A DNA stretch of 64,000 nucleotides, taken from Curvularia clavata (lineage: Eukaryota). Under the pieces are notes generated by a model. The model was not told where the DNA came from, ran no database searches, and was given only the letters and a program-made list of their open reading frames with translations. This document shows positions 25,261 through 37,275 of this stretch, one piece after another. The first letter of the stretch is position 1. Each line of letters opens with the position of its first letter. A program made the translations under genes and the position numbers. The stretch is taken from contig CP089281.1 in NCBI GenBank assembly GCA_023920165.1, positions 1,860,001 to 1,924,000 on the forward strand. Reading direction: 5' to 3'.

Positions 25261-26279
25261 GCATGACTCTCCTCTCCCCACGATTTCCTTTGTCACTTTT
25301 GCATAACACGGCGTCGGACGAGTAAACGGTCGGAGTGCATTGTTACTGTCTAATGGCGCCAGAGACGCTTTCCTTTTGGGTGTACCACTTGCATGGTGTT
25401 TAAAAAACTTTTCGAGGAGATATACCCCTTTTCACTTTGTATCGATTGTAGTAGGGAAACTAGTATGGATTATTTATTAGATGTAGCTAGAGGAGTCGGA
25501 TGTACATAGAACACGTCAGCACCTTGTTTGAATCGACGTCATGCACCCTTTTCAGTAAGCCAGGTCCCTTGCATCGACTGTCGTGAGTGACGCTGTGTGA
25601 CAAATCTTGTAAAGCCAAGACATGCAAAAACGGTTACCAAGCAACCTAGTACAAGACTCAGAAATGCCTTGCACTTTATATCAATAAGAAATTGTTACCC
25701 TGGTTTGTACTTCTTTTTTAAAATTTATTGACAGGTCTTTTACTTCAGTGTATTACATCATTGTAGACATCCAATTATGCAAAGTCGTCGATTTTGGAGT
25801 TCTTTGGCAACTTTGGTAAGGCTCGGGCCCGTGCGAAATCGCGTTATTCTTTCAACAGATGACAAGCATACCAAGGTTAGCTAAGCATGCATGACCCATT
25901 GACAAATCACAGCGCAAGAACCATCGCCTCATCATGTACTCGACCCCGATCCTCTTTCCGTATAAGACTTAGTTCAAGAACTCTATAATCACATATCGCA
26001 CGACATAGGGATTGATTTACCAGAAGCATAAAGAGGGGTCGACCAAGTGAGAAGCTTAGCAATCACATATGCTGCTGACATATTACAGTGGAGAAGAGAT
26101 GTACCAACAAGAACTACAATATAGAGGAAAGCAAGTCAAGAAATCCATTGCATATATATACATGGCAAACACATCTACTCAGACTACTCCCCACAACAGC
26201 CGTTCTTCTTAGAAACCCAACTGCAACCACTTCGCCCTCCACACCTACTACCCCCCAAAGAACTCCCCCACAGCCCCAA

Positions 26280-27112
26280 ATGTCTCCCAAACCCCTCGCC
26301 CTCATCCTCGGCGCAGGCAGCAACAACGGCGCCGCCCTCACCACCACCTTCCTCTCTCTCGGCTACCAAATCGCCCTCGCCTCGCGCAGCGGCACAAACC
26401 CCTCACCCTCGTCCTCTTCCGAGGACATTCTCAGTCTACAAGCCGACTTCAGCTCCCCATCTAGCATCCCTTCGCTCTTTTCCCGGATCCGCTCTGAACT
26501 CCACACCTCCCCTTCCGTCGTTGTCTACAACGCCGCGGCGCTGACGCCTCCCCCTGACAAAGACAGCGTGCTTTCGCTTCCCGTGGACCAGTTTGTCAAA
26601 GATTTGAATGTGAATAGCGTGAGTCCGTATGTAGCGGCGCAGGAGGCGGTGCGCGGATGGGAGGAATTGGGTGAAGTGCAAGGCGTGAATAAGACGTTCA
26701 TTTATACTGGGAATAAGCTGAATGAGACGATTTTGCCAGTGGGAGATTTGATTACGTTGGGAGTTGGGAAAAACGCGAGTGCGTATTGGATTGGGTTGGC
26801 GGATGAGTTGTACAAGAGCAAAGGGTATCGGTGAGTTTGTTCCTTGTTCCTTGTTTCTTGTCCACCCCCCTTCCCACCGGCATTCTCTCTTCGTTGTTGG
26901 AAGAATAGGTAGCAGAGTGATGGCATTTGCTGACGATAAAAACGCACTACAGTTTCTTCTACGCTGATCAGCGCCAGCCCGATGGCAGTCCCATGGGCAC
27001 CGCCATTGACGGACCTGCACATGCAGACTTCTTCGCTCAGTTGGTCAAGCGAACAGGCCAAGTCCCTTGGCAGGCTACCTTTGTACAGGGAAAAGGCTAC
27101 GTCAAGTTTTGA
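26280..27112 (+). CDS. Atypical short-chain dehydrogenase/reductase
   Basis: LALILGAGSNNG Rossmann start, VVVYNAA, FIYTGN, LGVGKNA; one intron (~26832-26951) leading to FFYADQR..FVQGKGYVKF*. Confidence 0.82.
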
Positions 27113-27282
27113 GATTCGAGTATCGTTCCTATTTGCTTAAGAGATGAGATCTAGCTGATTTTGGTTCTCTCAGCTGAAAAGAGACATGAACAAAAAAAAA
27201 AGGGGAACATGTCTGGTGTGCTGCTTTTTATCTGCAGCATAAAATCTAGTAGTACATCATTTTCGTCCATATACACATAATT

Positions 27283-29730
27283 TTACAAGTCGTCCAAAAC
27301 ATCGTAATCGTGGCCAAGCTGCTTCTTCCTTCCTTTTCTTCCTTTGCTTCCCCTGATCTTTCGGTCGCTGGTATATCGTCCATCACGATCGCCGACCAGC
27401 ATCCTTCCTCCACGGCCCAGAACCTTGGCCGGTCCTTCTTCGACCGTCCTGCCATCCTTCTCACCAATGCCGATTTCAATTGTCACTTGCTTGGCCTTCT
27501 TTACCTTTCGGCCCTTCTTGTCGAATTCGTCGTTTGGACGTCCAAGACGCACGCTACGGGGTATCCGTGTTTTTGCGCCTAATGCCCACAGGTCGCCCCA
27601 GCGTGCTTTTCGCGCATCCCGGAAGGCTTGCTTGCTGAAAGATCGGGGAACAGTCCAGCGTTCCAGTGTGCCAGCTGGTGTGCAGACATCCAAGATGATG
27701 TGGCCTCGTCGTTTGAGGGCAGGCAAGATGAGACGGGGAAACGTGAGGGGGTTGACATCAGCTGTTGAGGTCAAGGTTACGTCTGTTTCTTGATCTGCAT
27801 CTGATTTTGAAGTAACCTTCCACTCGTGGCCTTCAAAAGCAGCAGCTGTAGATGCTTCACCTTGCACAAACCCCTTGCCGAGAATGTCGTGCTGGGGGAG
27901 GCGCTGGTCGCGACCACGCTGGACGGCAAGGTAGCTGAACTGTACATCTTCATGATTCTTGTCTTTGGCATTCAGAATACGTTGGAGGTATGGCGGCCGG
28001 ATATACCGCTGACTGAAGAAACAGAAATCCTTTCGTCCTTGCGAAACACCAGTAGATTGGTACATAGGGCATGTGCTGTGATTTGTGCACGGCGCAACAA
28101 TCATGCCAATCTCTTTTTGGGTAAATCTAGTGTCGTCGTCTGGGTTGGACACTTGAGACTCGACCGATCGTTCAATGGTTTCTGAGCCAGGCGAGGCAAT
28201 ATACTTATCCAAAAGGTGAGCACGAGCACCAGCAATCACCTCGAATCCTCGTGGCAGACCCTTTTCGATAAGAATCAAAACACCGCCCTTTGGGTTCAGC
28301 AATGACCAGTACTTCTCCACCTGTTCTTTGCGCATATAGTCTTGCCTCAGAGGCCAGAGTGTATGCGGGGCAATGATGACGTCATAAACCTTTCGTGGCT
28401 GTTGCGTGTTGGCTTCATCTTCTGGTGTCACAGTTTCTGGGAGCCGTGGAATGAATGTCGTGTTGTCCAATAGCTTGCTTGCGCGGTGGCGAAGCGTGTC
28501 GGATGCTGTGAGAACAGTCGCTTTGCCGAGCGGAGTAGCGCCGTGCGAAGTGTTGCCCGACTCCTCATGCATACGCTGCCATTCTGCCTGGAGCATTTCG
28601 TGCCATGCGAGTACGCCAACACCTCCTGAACCAGCATCTAGGATCGTCCCACCCTTCTTGTTTCGCAACATGTGCTCCAACCATCCGGTCCCGAGCCGTC
28701 GTCGGACCTCAACCATAGCGCTCATGACGCTCGCATAGGTTCCTGGCTGAACGGATGCCATGTACGCATCGGCTTCTATATTACCCATGTCCGATTGCGA
28801 AGGGTCAAGCGGAATCGGCTTTTGCTCGTTGCCCAGGCGTGCTGGGGCTGTGCTGGCCGAGTTGGGCAAGCCCCTTCCACCAAAGATCCGGTTCGCAGAT
28901 TCAGCGAGGTGCTTGTGGTTGGCGCGCGTCAACAGATGAGCGGTGGGGTCCACAAGGGTTTCCTTGGGCAGGAAAACGGTCGAAGGCGACGGCTTGAAGC
29001 GACCAGCAATGGTCAGAGGGTGGGCGCGCATGAAATCATCATCCTCTTGCTCTTCCGTATCCTCCCAAGCCTCCGCTTCCTCGTATTGCAGTCGACTCTG
29101 CTCGTAGATATCGTCATGATATGTTTGCAATTCCTCCTCCCTCCGCGCTTCCCACTCTTCAGGTGTCATGGTATCCTTAGCAGTCTCGGCAGCATCTGCA
29201 TCTTCCTCAATAGCATCGTTCTCTGTCACAATCTCGAGCTCCTCCAGTTCGCCGTCTTTTGTCTTTCTCAGTAAGACTGTAGAGCCATCGGGTCTCTCTT
29301 CTTCTATGATGTCTTCCTCGGCTACAGTATCGACTTCTTGTACGTCTTCCACTGTGTCAACAAACACTGGCTCTCCGTAAAGCCTCTCGTATACTGCGTA
29401 TTCCTCAACACTCAGATGGTCCTTTGGCAAAGTATCCCCAAACTGTTGTCTCGCTCTCCGCGCATTCACTTCGTAATTCACTGTTTCGGTCGGAGATCGT
29501 GATTCGTCTGCGAAATTTGATGCGTTGTCTCTGGTTTCGTGGCCTAGGTTCGCTCTTGCAACTGTCGTAGAAAATGTTCGTTGTGGCGCCAAAGTTCTTG
29601 CAGCAATCGATCGGAGTGGCAGCGGTATGGACGGCGCCTTCGTAGGTAAGCGTGCGCTACGGGCGCGCGAGATGGCGAGATTGAGACGACATGACGCACA
29701 AATGGACTGGACGCTCCTTGTCTTCAGCAT
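27283..29730 (-). CDS. RSM22: Mitochondrial small-subunit protein Rsm22 (METTL17-like methyltransferase fold)
   Basis: 815 aa with presequence, ILDAGSG, LILIEKG..GFE, IVAPCTNHSTCPM, CFFSQR, GHIILDVCTPAGTLERWTVPRS..ARKARWGDLW. Confidence 0.93.
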   Translation of the reverse strand: MLKTRSVQSICASCRLNLAISRARSARLPTKAPSIPLPLRSIAARTLAPQRTFSTTVARANLGHETRDNASNFADESRSPTETVNYEVNARRARQQFGDTLPKDHLSVEEYAVYERLYGEPVFVDTVEDVQEVDTVAEEDIIEEERPDGSTVLLRKTKDGELEELEIVTENDAIEEDADAAETAKDTMTPEEWEARREEELQTYHDDIYEQSRLQYEEAEAWEDTEEQEDDDFMRAHPLTIAGRFKPSPSTVFLPKETLVDPTAHLLTRANHKHLAESANRIFGGRGLPNSASTAPARLGNEQKPIPLDPSQSDMGNIEADAYMASVQPGTYASVMSAMVEVRRRLGTGWLEHMLRNKKGGTILDAGSGGVGVLAWHEMLQAEWQRMHEESGNTSHGATPLGKATVLTASDTLRHRASKLLDNTTFIPRLPETVTPEDEANTQQPRKVYDVIIAPHTLWPLRQDYMRKEQVEKYWSLLNPKGGVLILIEKGLPRGFEVIAGARAHLLDKYIASPGSETIERSVESQVSNPDDDTRFTQKEIGMIVAPCTNHSTCPMYQSTGVSQGRKDFCFFSQRYIRPPYLQRILNAKDKNHEDVQFSYLAVQRGRDQRLPQHDILGKGFVQGEASTAAAFEGHEWKVTSKSDADQETDVTLTSTADVNPLTFPRLILPALKRRGHIILDVCTPAGTLERWTVPRSFSKQAFRDARKARWGDLWALGAKTRIPRSVRLGRPNDEFDKKGRKVKKAKQVTIEIGIGEKDGRTVEEGPAKVLGRGGRMLVGDRDGRYTSDRKIRGSKGRKGRKKQLGHDYDVLDDL

Positions 29731-30414
29731 GGTAGTATCGTACGATGTGTGGCCAGCAAGCGATGCGCCCGCTGCGGGAGAAGAAAGTTAATTGCAGCGA
29801 ATTCAGGGTCCACGCTAGTGGAGCCTTGTCCGATGCCCCCGCTTGTCCAATCACAGGATAGTCATTTGCAGCTGCCATTGACTATAACTTGGTGTGAGGC
29901 CTTGATTCGATGCCACAACCTCAGCTGGTTCTTGGATCCAGTGCGACTATCATGTGATCAGAATGTCCTCAACAACACAAGTGTCTACCCATCTGTCGTG
30001 CAAACGCTGAACATGGAGTCTGTGCGGTGGCTTCCCTCACGCACAATCATTCTCCGAGCACTGCGAGGCCTGAGGGAGAATGGCCAAGAAAGAGATGAAA
30101 ACGCTAGCTACCAATATAGAAGGGATGGCGATTACTCGTGCTATTTGGCCTTTGTTCAGGTTCTCTTTGAACAAGGAACTTAATTACCAATCGACCCCCG
30201 CTTGTCTTAGTCGTGGCGCATCAGCATCTTCAGCTTTACTGAACAAGCTGACCACCCATATATTTCTACGGTCCGCCTGAAACTAATCACACTAGTTATG
30301 ATCTCGTGCTGATATAAGACGCTGATTATTCGCATTCTGAGCATATTAACAGCTATCCATTACTTACCCTTTGTTTGAACCACAACATTCCCTCCACATT
30401 CTCAGACATTGAAT

Positions 30415-32201
30415 ATGATTGCAGGCTCGTCTAACTTTGACTACTCTTCGCTCAAAGAGCTACTCAAAGATACAAATGCCGAAATTCTCACCCCTACAGA
30501 TGGCGCGGCCTACGAGAAAAGTATAGGACGATGGAGCGAGCATTGTATTAAGAGAGCTGTAAGTATGGTAGTCTTTTTCTCCATGCAAATTATGGGATTG
30601 GGCAAATAATTCAGCCCGTAGAGATTGCACATCATCCAAGCTACGTTTCCTAAAACCATGACATCTTAATCACGTCCCGCCATTTAATACCTTTGTATAA
30701 TCACTATCTATCCCACGTCTACTAACAAGAGAGAAGGCTGCTGTTGTCATGGTCACTTCGGCCGACGATATATCTGCCACCCTTGCGCAGATCCGCGAGC
30801 ACAACATCCCATTCACGGTTCGAGGAGGCGGTCACAACACTTCTGGGGCAGCTTCGATTGAAGATGGTATCGTTATCGACCTCTCCAAGATGCGAAAAGT
30901 GATTGTAGATCCTCAGGCCAAGACCGTCACAGCGCAGGGCGGAGCTCTCTGGGAAGACGTCGATGTTGAAGCCGCAAAGCACGGACTTGCCGTTGTTGGA
31001 GGTACTGTCAACCATACCGGTATAGCAGGCCTAACCCTCGGTGGTGGGTATGGTTACCTCACTGGCAAGCATGGTCTGGTAATTGGTATACACTATCTAG
31101 TGACCCGAGCAAACAACATCTACTGACAAATTTAGACAATCTGCTCTCCGTGGACATTGTTCTTGCTTCTGGAGAGCAATTCACCGCATCAAAAACATCA
31201 AATGAGGACCTCTTTTGGGCAGTCCGCGGAGCTGGTGCAAACTTTGGCGTGGTAACATCATTCACCTACCAAGCCTACGACCAACGTCCACACGTATTCG
31301 CGGGGACAATGGTGTTTCTCCCAGACAAAATCCCTGAGATTGTTGAGTTCTCAAATAAATTTCACACTTCCAACGATGGCAATCAAGCGTTTCTCTTTGG
31401 TTTTGCAGCACCTCCGCCTGCCAATGCCCCAGTTATCATGTGTATGCTCTTTCACAATGGTACCGAAGAGGAGGCAAAAGATTTTTTCTCTGAAGTCTTC
31501 AAGATTGGTCCTGTAGCAGACATGACGGCCATGGTCCCTTACGAGAAGCTGAACAGCCTACTCAACCCTGCGGCTGGATTCGACGGACGTAAGCAATTTG
31601 GTGGTGGAGCATTCAAGACTCCTTTGGACCCCAACTTCATTATTCAGCTCCACGCCGAATTCAACGCTTTCGTTGCTTCTCACGAGCGTATGAACGAGAG
31701 CCTGATGATATTCGAACTTATCCCTTACAAAAAGGTGATGGAGGTGCCAAACCACGCGACATCCTTTGCGAACCGTGGCGACTACTACAATGTTGCTACA
31801 GCGTTCAAGTGGTCAGTACAAATAACGAATAGGGAAAATTAGTACTAATTTGGCAAAGGTTCGACCCATCGATTGACAATGAGATTCGTACTTTTGCTCG
31901 GAGCATCCTTAAAAAAGCTTCTGAGACTGCAGCTGGTCGTTCAAAGGATGGAGGAGTTGGTCAATACGCGAACTACGCACGTAAGTCACATACAAAACAC
32001 TTTGGGGCTTTGAAGCCCCATCGGTGAAATGAATCAACACGTACTTTGGTACTGACTGAAACAGCTCTTGATGTGGAAGCCAATGATCTGTTTGGTGCCA
32101 ACGTGAAACGACTCGAAGAGTTGAAGCAAAAATACGACCCAGAGAATTTGTTCAGTCATGGAACAAAATTGACACCGCGACCTCTAGTAGTCGTGAACTG
32201 A
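30415..32201 (+). CDS. FAD-linked oxidoreductase (berberine-bridge/VAO family)
   Basis: Five exons; VRGGGH flavinylation motif, [36 protein letters not shown]-terminal [19 protein letters not shown]. Confidence 0.92.
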
Positions 32202-32834
32202 AACCTGTGTTTGGACGGATCGCCGAAGAATCTTCGTTATTCATTGAAAGTATCTCGAACGATCGACCTCATACATGTTTAAGTGGGCTTTAACATGAGT
32301 ATATTTAATGAGTTCATTTCATCATTCAAATGGTCTTACTTAGCAATGAATTGAGTACCGCATTGATTGTGTCATTGCTGCTCTCAGTTTGAATCACAGG
32401 CCGTGATACCGTCGAAGCCTGAAACAGAAATCTGTCCAAATGTGCCGATAATTCCGTTGCATTACAGGGCTGTGGAATCACCAATCTCACAAACAGTCAC
32501 GATGAATGCTTGAATTTAAGCACGCGGCCATTATCACAACCAAAAGCCATGTCACTAGGAAACCCATTTAAGGCTGCGTTCTCAAAGTCTTGGTCTACAT
32601 ATGGATCCCAAATCTTTCAAACAACGATCTCCACTCGAATTCATAACACTGAGCACTCCTTAAATATAACGGAAGCTCAGGCAAAGGAACAACTTGCGAT
32701 GAAACAAAAGTAGATCAACCATCCAAAGATGTTACCAAAAGGCATCAATCATTCGAGAAAAACATCAAAGAACATTCCAAATACTCAAAATAGGATGTAC
32801 CGACTCAAAAACTCTGCATATGCGAAGTGCCAAA

Positions 32835-33089
32835 ACCCAAGGGTGACCTTGGAGTCTACTCATGACCGTCAAAAGTCCTAGGACTGTGGGTAGATTATAT
32901 TTGCCTCGTTCATCCAGTCTCAGTCGTTCCTACATTCTCTCATGGTCCATGAAGCGAAAATGGGCTGCATTGATGATCGTCGCCTTTTTCACCTTCTTAT
33001 CGCCTGTATCTTCAGCCATGATCGCTCCTGCTCTGAGCGATACCGGCGTTGATTTTAGCATCATAAACCCAGCAGAAGCTCAAATGTAG
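32835..33089 (+). pseudogene. Remnant of a DHA1-type MFS drug/metabolite transporter
   Basis: WSMKRKWAALMIVAFFTFLSPVSSAMIAPAL..PAEAQM is a typical first transmembrane segment of fungal MFS-MDR transporters, followed by a stop with no recognisable continuation. Confidence 0.7.
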
Positions 33090-34997
33090 AAGATTGAACC
33101 TCGGTTTTATGATATGCTCTAAGGAAAAGTGCCAGGCCAGTGCCATGCGAACATATCAAGGACAAGGCTTTTTTATTAGGAAGGTTATGCTGTTCAAGAG
33201 CCCATCATCGTCGACTTCACTTCATATAGTCAATAGATGTTTTCACGGACATTTGAGAAGCAATTATTCTGACTTCGGCGAGCGAATACAGCTGTGAAAA
33301 CTGACGGTCTCATAAGAACGCTGTTGCTTACTCAAAGACAATAACTGAAAGAAGAGCTGTATCCGTTCGTTTCTCACATGGTGGCTCAAGTGAGTACCAA
33401 TCTTTTTCCAGAGTTAATTTGTCTTTGGTATGTTTGACATGGATACTGGAATATTTTATCAAGTGTCGCAGCAGCGCACATTTCAACATTTTGGACAGAC
33501 CCCATCCCGACAATCACGGTGCATGAGTAAAAAGGATATTCCCAACTCTAATGCTATACGGAGAACCATAGTACGGATTTTTTGTATTATACTGTAAATG
33601 TGTATCCCACAGACTTATTGCGACGAAAATGCGTCTCTTGCAGAAAAGAGTGATTTTTATTGACATAGTAAAGCTATGGTGATGGTATTCACAGAATTAT
33701 CAGCTGCATGCGCATGGGAGGTAAGGGATAATGCTCACCGCGGATTACACGACGAATTCGAACGAAAAATACGAGGTCCAAGCCTTACTCTGATCACACC
33801 ACCTCAAAAAAAAAAGGCGTAAAGGATTTTTCATGCTGATTACTCAACACTTGCAGAATGCTTCATTCAGTACCGCGGAATGACAATAACGAGGCCAGAC
33901 CATATATATTGATAACAGCGACAACCCCACCTCCGCCCACAAAAGTCGAATGATACTCGTGTCATCGCCTTGAATGCCCAGCATCGTAGTAGGATCATGT
34001 CGTTGCTATCGTATGATTAAAATTGTCAGAGACATTTTGTACTAGTACCTTTTAGGGAGTTGCGCTTGGACTTAGAGAATTTCGAGACAGTCCTGTGTGT
34101 TGTGCTTCCAATTGGGCGCGTGGATAGTGTATTATATTGTTACACAAAATAGATCTTATATACAATACGGTTGTAAGCTGTGTAAGACTGCATGGGCTGA
34201 GCGTAAGCATACCATGTACTTTGTAGATGCAAAGGCAGATTCTTCTCCGCGGGTGGGTACTAGGGGATCACTGTGCAAATAGTCGCTCCGATTCGGATAT
34301 GTGGAAAATATATGCGCATGAAATAGATGATCATGAGCAAAATTTGCATCACAAGGTTCCAACTGATACTCAGCCCAGCCCTGAACCTTGCCTGTGACAT
34401 TTACTATATGCAAGTCTTTTGACATCCCTTTGTGGTAGTCTTCTGAGCTATCGGCGACCTTCACTCATCTTTCAGGCGTAGAATCTTCAATGACAACATA
34501 GTGCAAGGTCCACTGGTTGACATACTTGAAACCAGTTATAAGTTCAGATACTCAGTGTGGAAGTTAAAGCTCTGACCAATCATGATCCATGTCTAGGGGT
34601 TCTTATGATTGTCGCCCAGATCGCAGACATCGGTAGGAAATAGCTTTACTAGTTGAACTCACTGCATGTGGTCACTTACAGATATCATCACTGCCGATCC
34701 CTGCTTACTGGCAGTGTAGCATACGGATTACTATACTCCGTACAATCACCAACATCGACAACCAATAGTACAGAGTGTTTCAAGCAGGGGGGTTCGTGAT
34801 ATTCGCCCCACCTACCCACGCCTACTGCGCCAAGCCTCGAACTAGAGAGCAACAACAAAACAAGCAACTTAGTCGGCGAATTTCCCAGGGCTTCGAGTCA
34901 GAAATCACCGACGGCAGTCTTCGATCCACGTTAAAAACAAGATTTGGGTCCAATAAGGGAGGCCATAATGTAACCACGGAGCACTGCCAGGTCGACA

Positions 34998-35922
34998 ATG
35001 CCACCTCTATCGGGAGTCGCTTTGATCACGTTAGCCGGCTCAGGTAACCAACACAGTTTTGTCATCACGATTTGTTTGAAGTTGAATTTATCGCGAGCTA
35101 ACGCAAGGTCACAGGCTTTGGGCAGAGTACGGCATACTCACTAGCCAAACAGGGTGTCACTCAATTTGCCCTTGTCGATACAAATGAAGCTGGACTGCAG
35201 GAAACAGTCCAGACACTGGCATCTCGTTACCAGGTGACAGATGTGCTGACTGTGTCCTCTGAATGTACTACCGAGGAGACGGTTGAGGCGGCAGTCCAGC
35301 AGGCCGCATCGCGATTTGGGCGCATCGACTTTGCGATTAACAACCGTGGCTTTGGCGGGCCGATGGGCCCCAGTCCCGATACGGCAGTTTCTGCATTCGA
35401 CAACCATTTAAAGGAGGATGTAACAGGGGTATGGCTATGGCATCGGGCCGAACTACGGCAGATGGTGGGGCAAACCCCCCGCGATATGCGCTACGGCCGT
35501 GGTAGTATCGTACATGTCTGCTCAGTCCATGCTTTCGCAGCCTCGCCACCACAAGTGGCTGCTGGTGCGTATGTGGCGGGTCGACACGCGATACTGGGTC
35601 TTACTCGCACCGAGGGCGTGTTGTATGCACCACAGCAGATTCGTATCAACGCCCTCTGCCCTGGATACATTGCGTCTCCTCTGATCGAGTCGTCGGAGCA
35701 GCTCAAAGCTTTCATCAGCAATCTTGTACGCGAGCGCGTACCCGCAGGCCGACTTGGAGAACCAGAAGAAGTTGCTGATGCAGTCGTGTTTCTGGCTAGC
35801 CCCAGCTCCAGCTACATGTTCGGACAGGCGTTGGTTCTGGATGGGTATGAATTTACCCACTTTGAAGACGAGTCAGAAATCGAGATATGCTAACCTGTGA
35901 TAGGGGCTACCTGGCTCAGTGA
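34998..35922 (+). CDS. Classical-fold SDR with altered motifs
   Basis: Spliced MPPLSGVALITLAGSGFG..FGRIDFAINNRG..GSIVHVCS..AYVAGRHAILGLTR..IRINALCPG..GRLGEPEEVADAVVFLAS..VLDGGYLAQ*; introns ~35044-35114 and 35844-35903. Confidence 0.85.
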
Positions 35923-36171
35923 GCTTTCTGTCAATCTTGTAGCGTTGCAACAAGACGTATGGGGGGAGAAAGGGGTTTAGTGGCGAAGATAGAAGCGGCA
36001 TCGTGATCTGAGTGAAGCATTTAGATAAGGTATAGTTAATGCATTATAACTCTATTTTACAAATCGATAACATGTACGTGTTCTATGTTGAACCATATGT
36101 GCACAGAGCTTTTCGTAACTTCCTTCTCCCAATGTGTTCAGGGCGCAGATTGTCAAATACTGTCCGCCTTC

Positions 36172-36825
36172 TCAGTTGCTAGCAAACAAAGTGCCAGTTC
36201 CACTGCCGTTCAGTAGCGACCGCTCTTTGAGATGGCGGATACATGTACGCACCAGACGGAGGTTGGTACGAACGAGCTGAAGACAGGCTGGTGCAAAATG
36301 TGCTGTTTCGTTGACAATGCCATTTGCACGCCCGTTGGGCGAACAAGAGACCAGCGCGGCTTCAAGTGAGCCCAGGACGGCGGAGAATCCTGTCAGGCGC
36401 AATGTCATGAGCTCGTTGCTGAGAGCATCGGCTTCGTCCGCAGCTAGGTCATAGCTGCCAATAGAAAATTCCCAGCGCTGAGTGGCATTTGGAGCCGTTT
36501 TGGGGGGTTCTGTAGCGTTTTTGGTGTCGGAGTTCGTGGTTGTGCTTGTGCTGCTGGCGTTTGTTGACGTCTCAGCTTCGTCGTCGTCGGCAAGGTTCCA
36601 TAACCGACACAGCCAGTTGACAACGTGGGCGCATAGGATTGTGACGGCGGTAAGTGGGAGCCTTTGTTGACGGCACCGTTCGCAGCTTAGTACGGCGAGG
36701 CTAGGCCGCTCTGCTGTAGATGTGACTTGGAGTGCTGTTTCGAATGGAACTGATGTTGTGATTTCCTCGATGCGTGCAAGAGTTCGTAATACAAGAAAAG
36801 CGCAAGTACAATCACCACGTTGCAT
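36172..36825 (-). CDS. Stand-alone AflR-like C-terminal regulatory domain (no Zn2Cys6 finger)
   Basis: 217-aa ATG-initiated ORF with the pattern CTC..L..L, VLSCERC, S/T-rich linker, FSIGSYDL, ELMTLRL, resembling C-termini of cluster Zn2Cys6 regulators. Confidence 0.6.
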   Translation of the reverse strand: MQRGDCTCAFLVLRTLARIEEITTSVPFETALQVTSTAERPSLAVLSCERCRQQRLPLTAVTILCAHVVNWLCRLWNLADDDEAETSTNASSTSTTTNSDTKNATEPPKTAPNATQRWEFSIGSYDLAADEADALSNELMTLRLTGFSAVLGSLEAALVSCSPNGRANGIVNETAHFAPACLQLVRTNLRLVRTCIRHLKERSLLNGSGTGTLFASN

Positions 36826-37275
36826 CTTCTTTCTCTTTTACATGCTGTGATAAATTCAAAGAGGGGTTTTCTTTCGCCAGTACCCTTTAATAATTTGACA
36901 CTAGCAAGGCTCTCCTCGCCCGTCATCGGCTACAAGCATGCTCGGCATGTTTTGCAGACAGTGCCCTGTATAGTCCCATATGTTTCTACAACTATGGCGA
37001 AAGTGGATTGAATCCGCTTGGCTAGCAAGATAGGTGTGATATTCCCAATGATAGAACTTGACTGACCCACTAGCAACCGTAACGTTCGCATGCATACTAA
37101 CATCATAAATCCGCCGAAGATTGTAAATAACACCGGGCCAACCATGTCCGCATCTACAAAGTGATCTTTGCGCGACCGCGAACAAGATAAAAAAACTCAG
37201 TCTTCACTTTTGCGCCACTTGGTCGTAACTGACTTGTTGAGCTTTCAGTGTTCTCGTATGATATATCATCCCATC

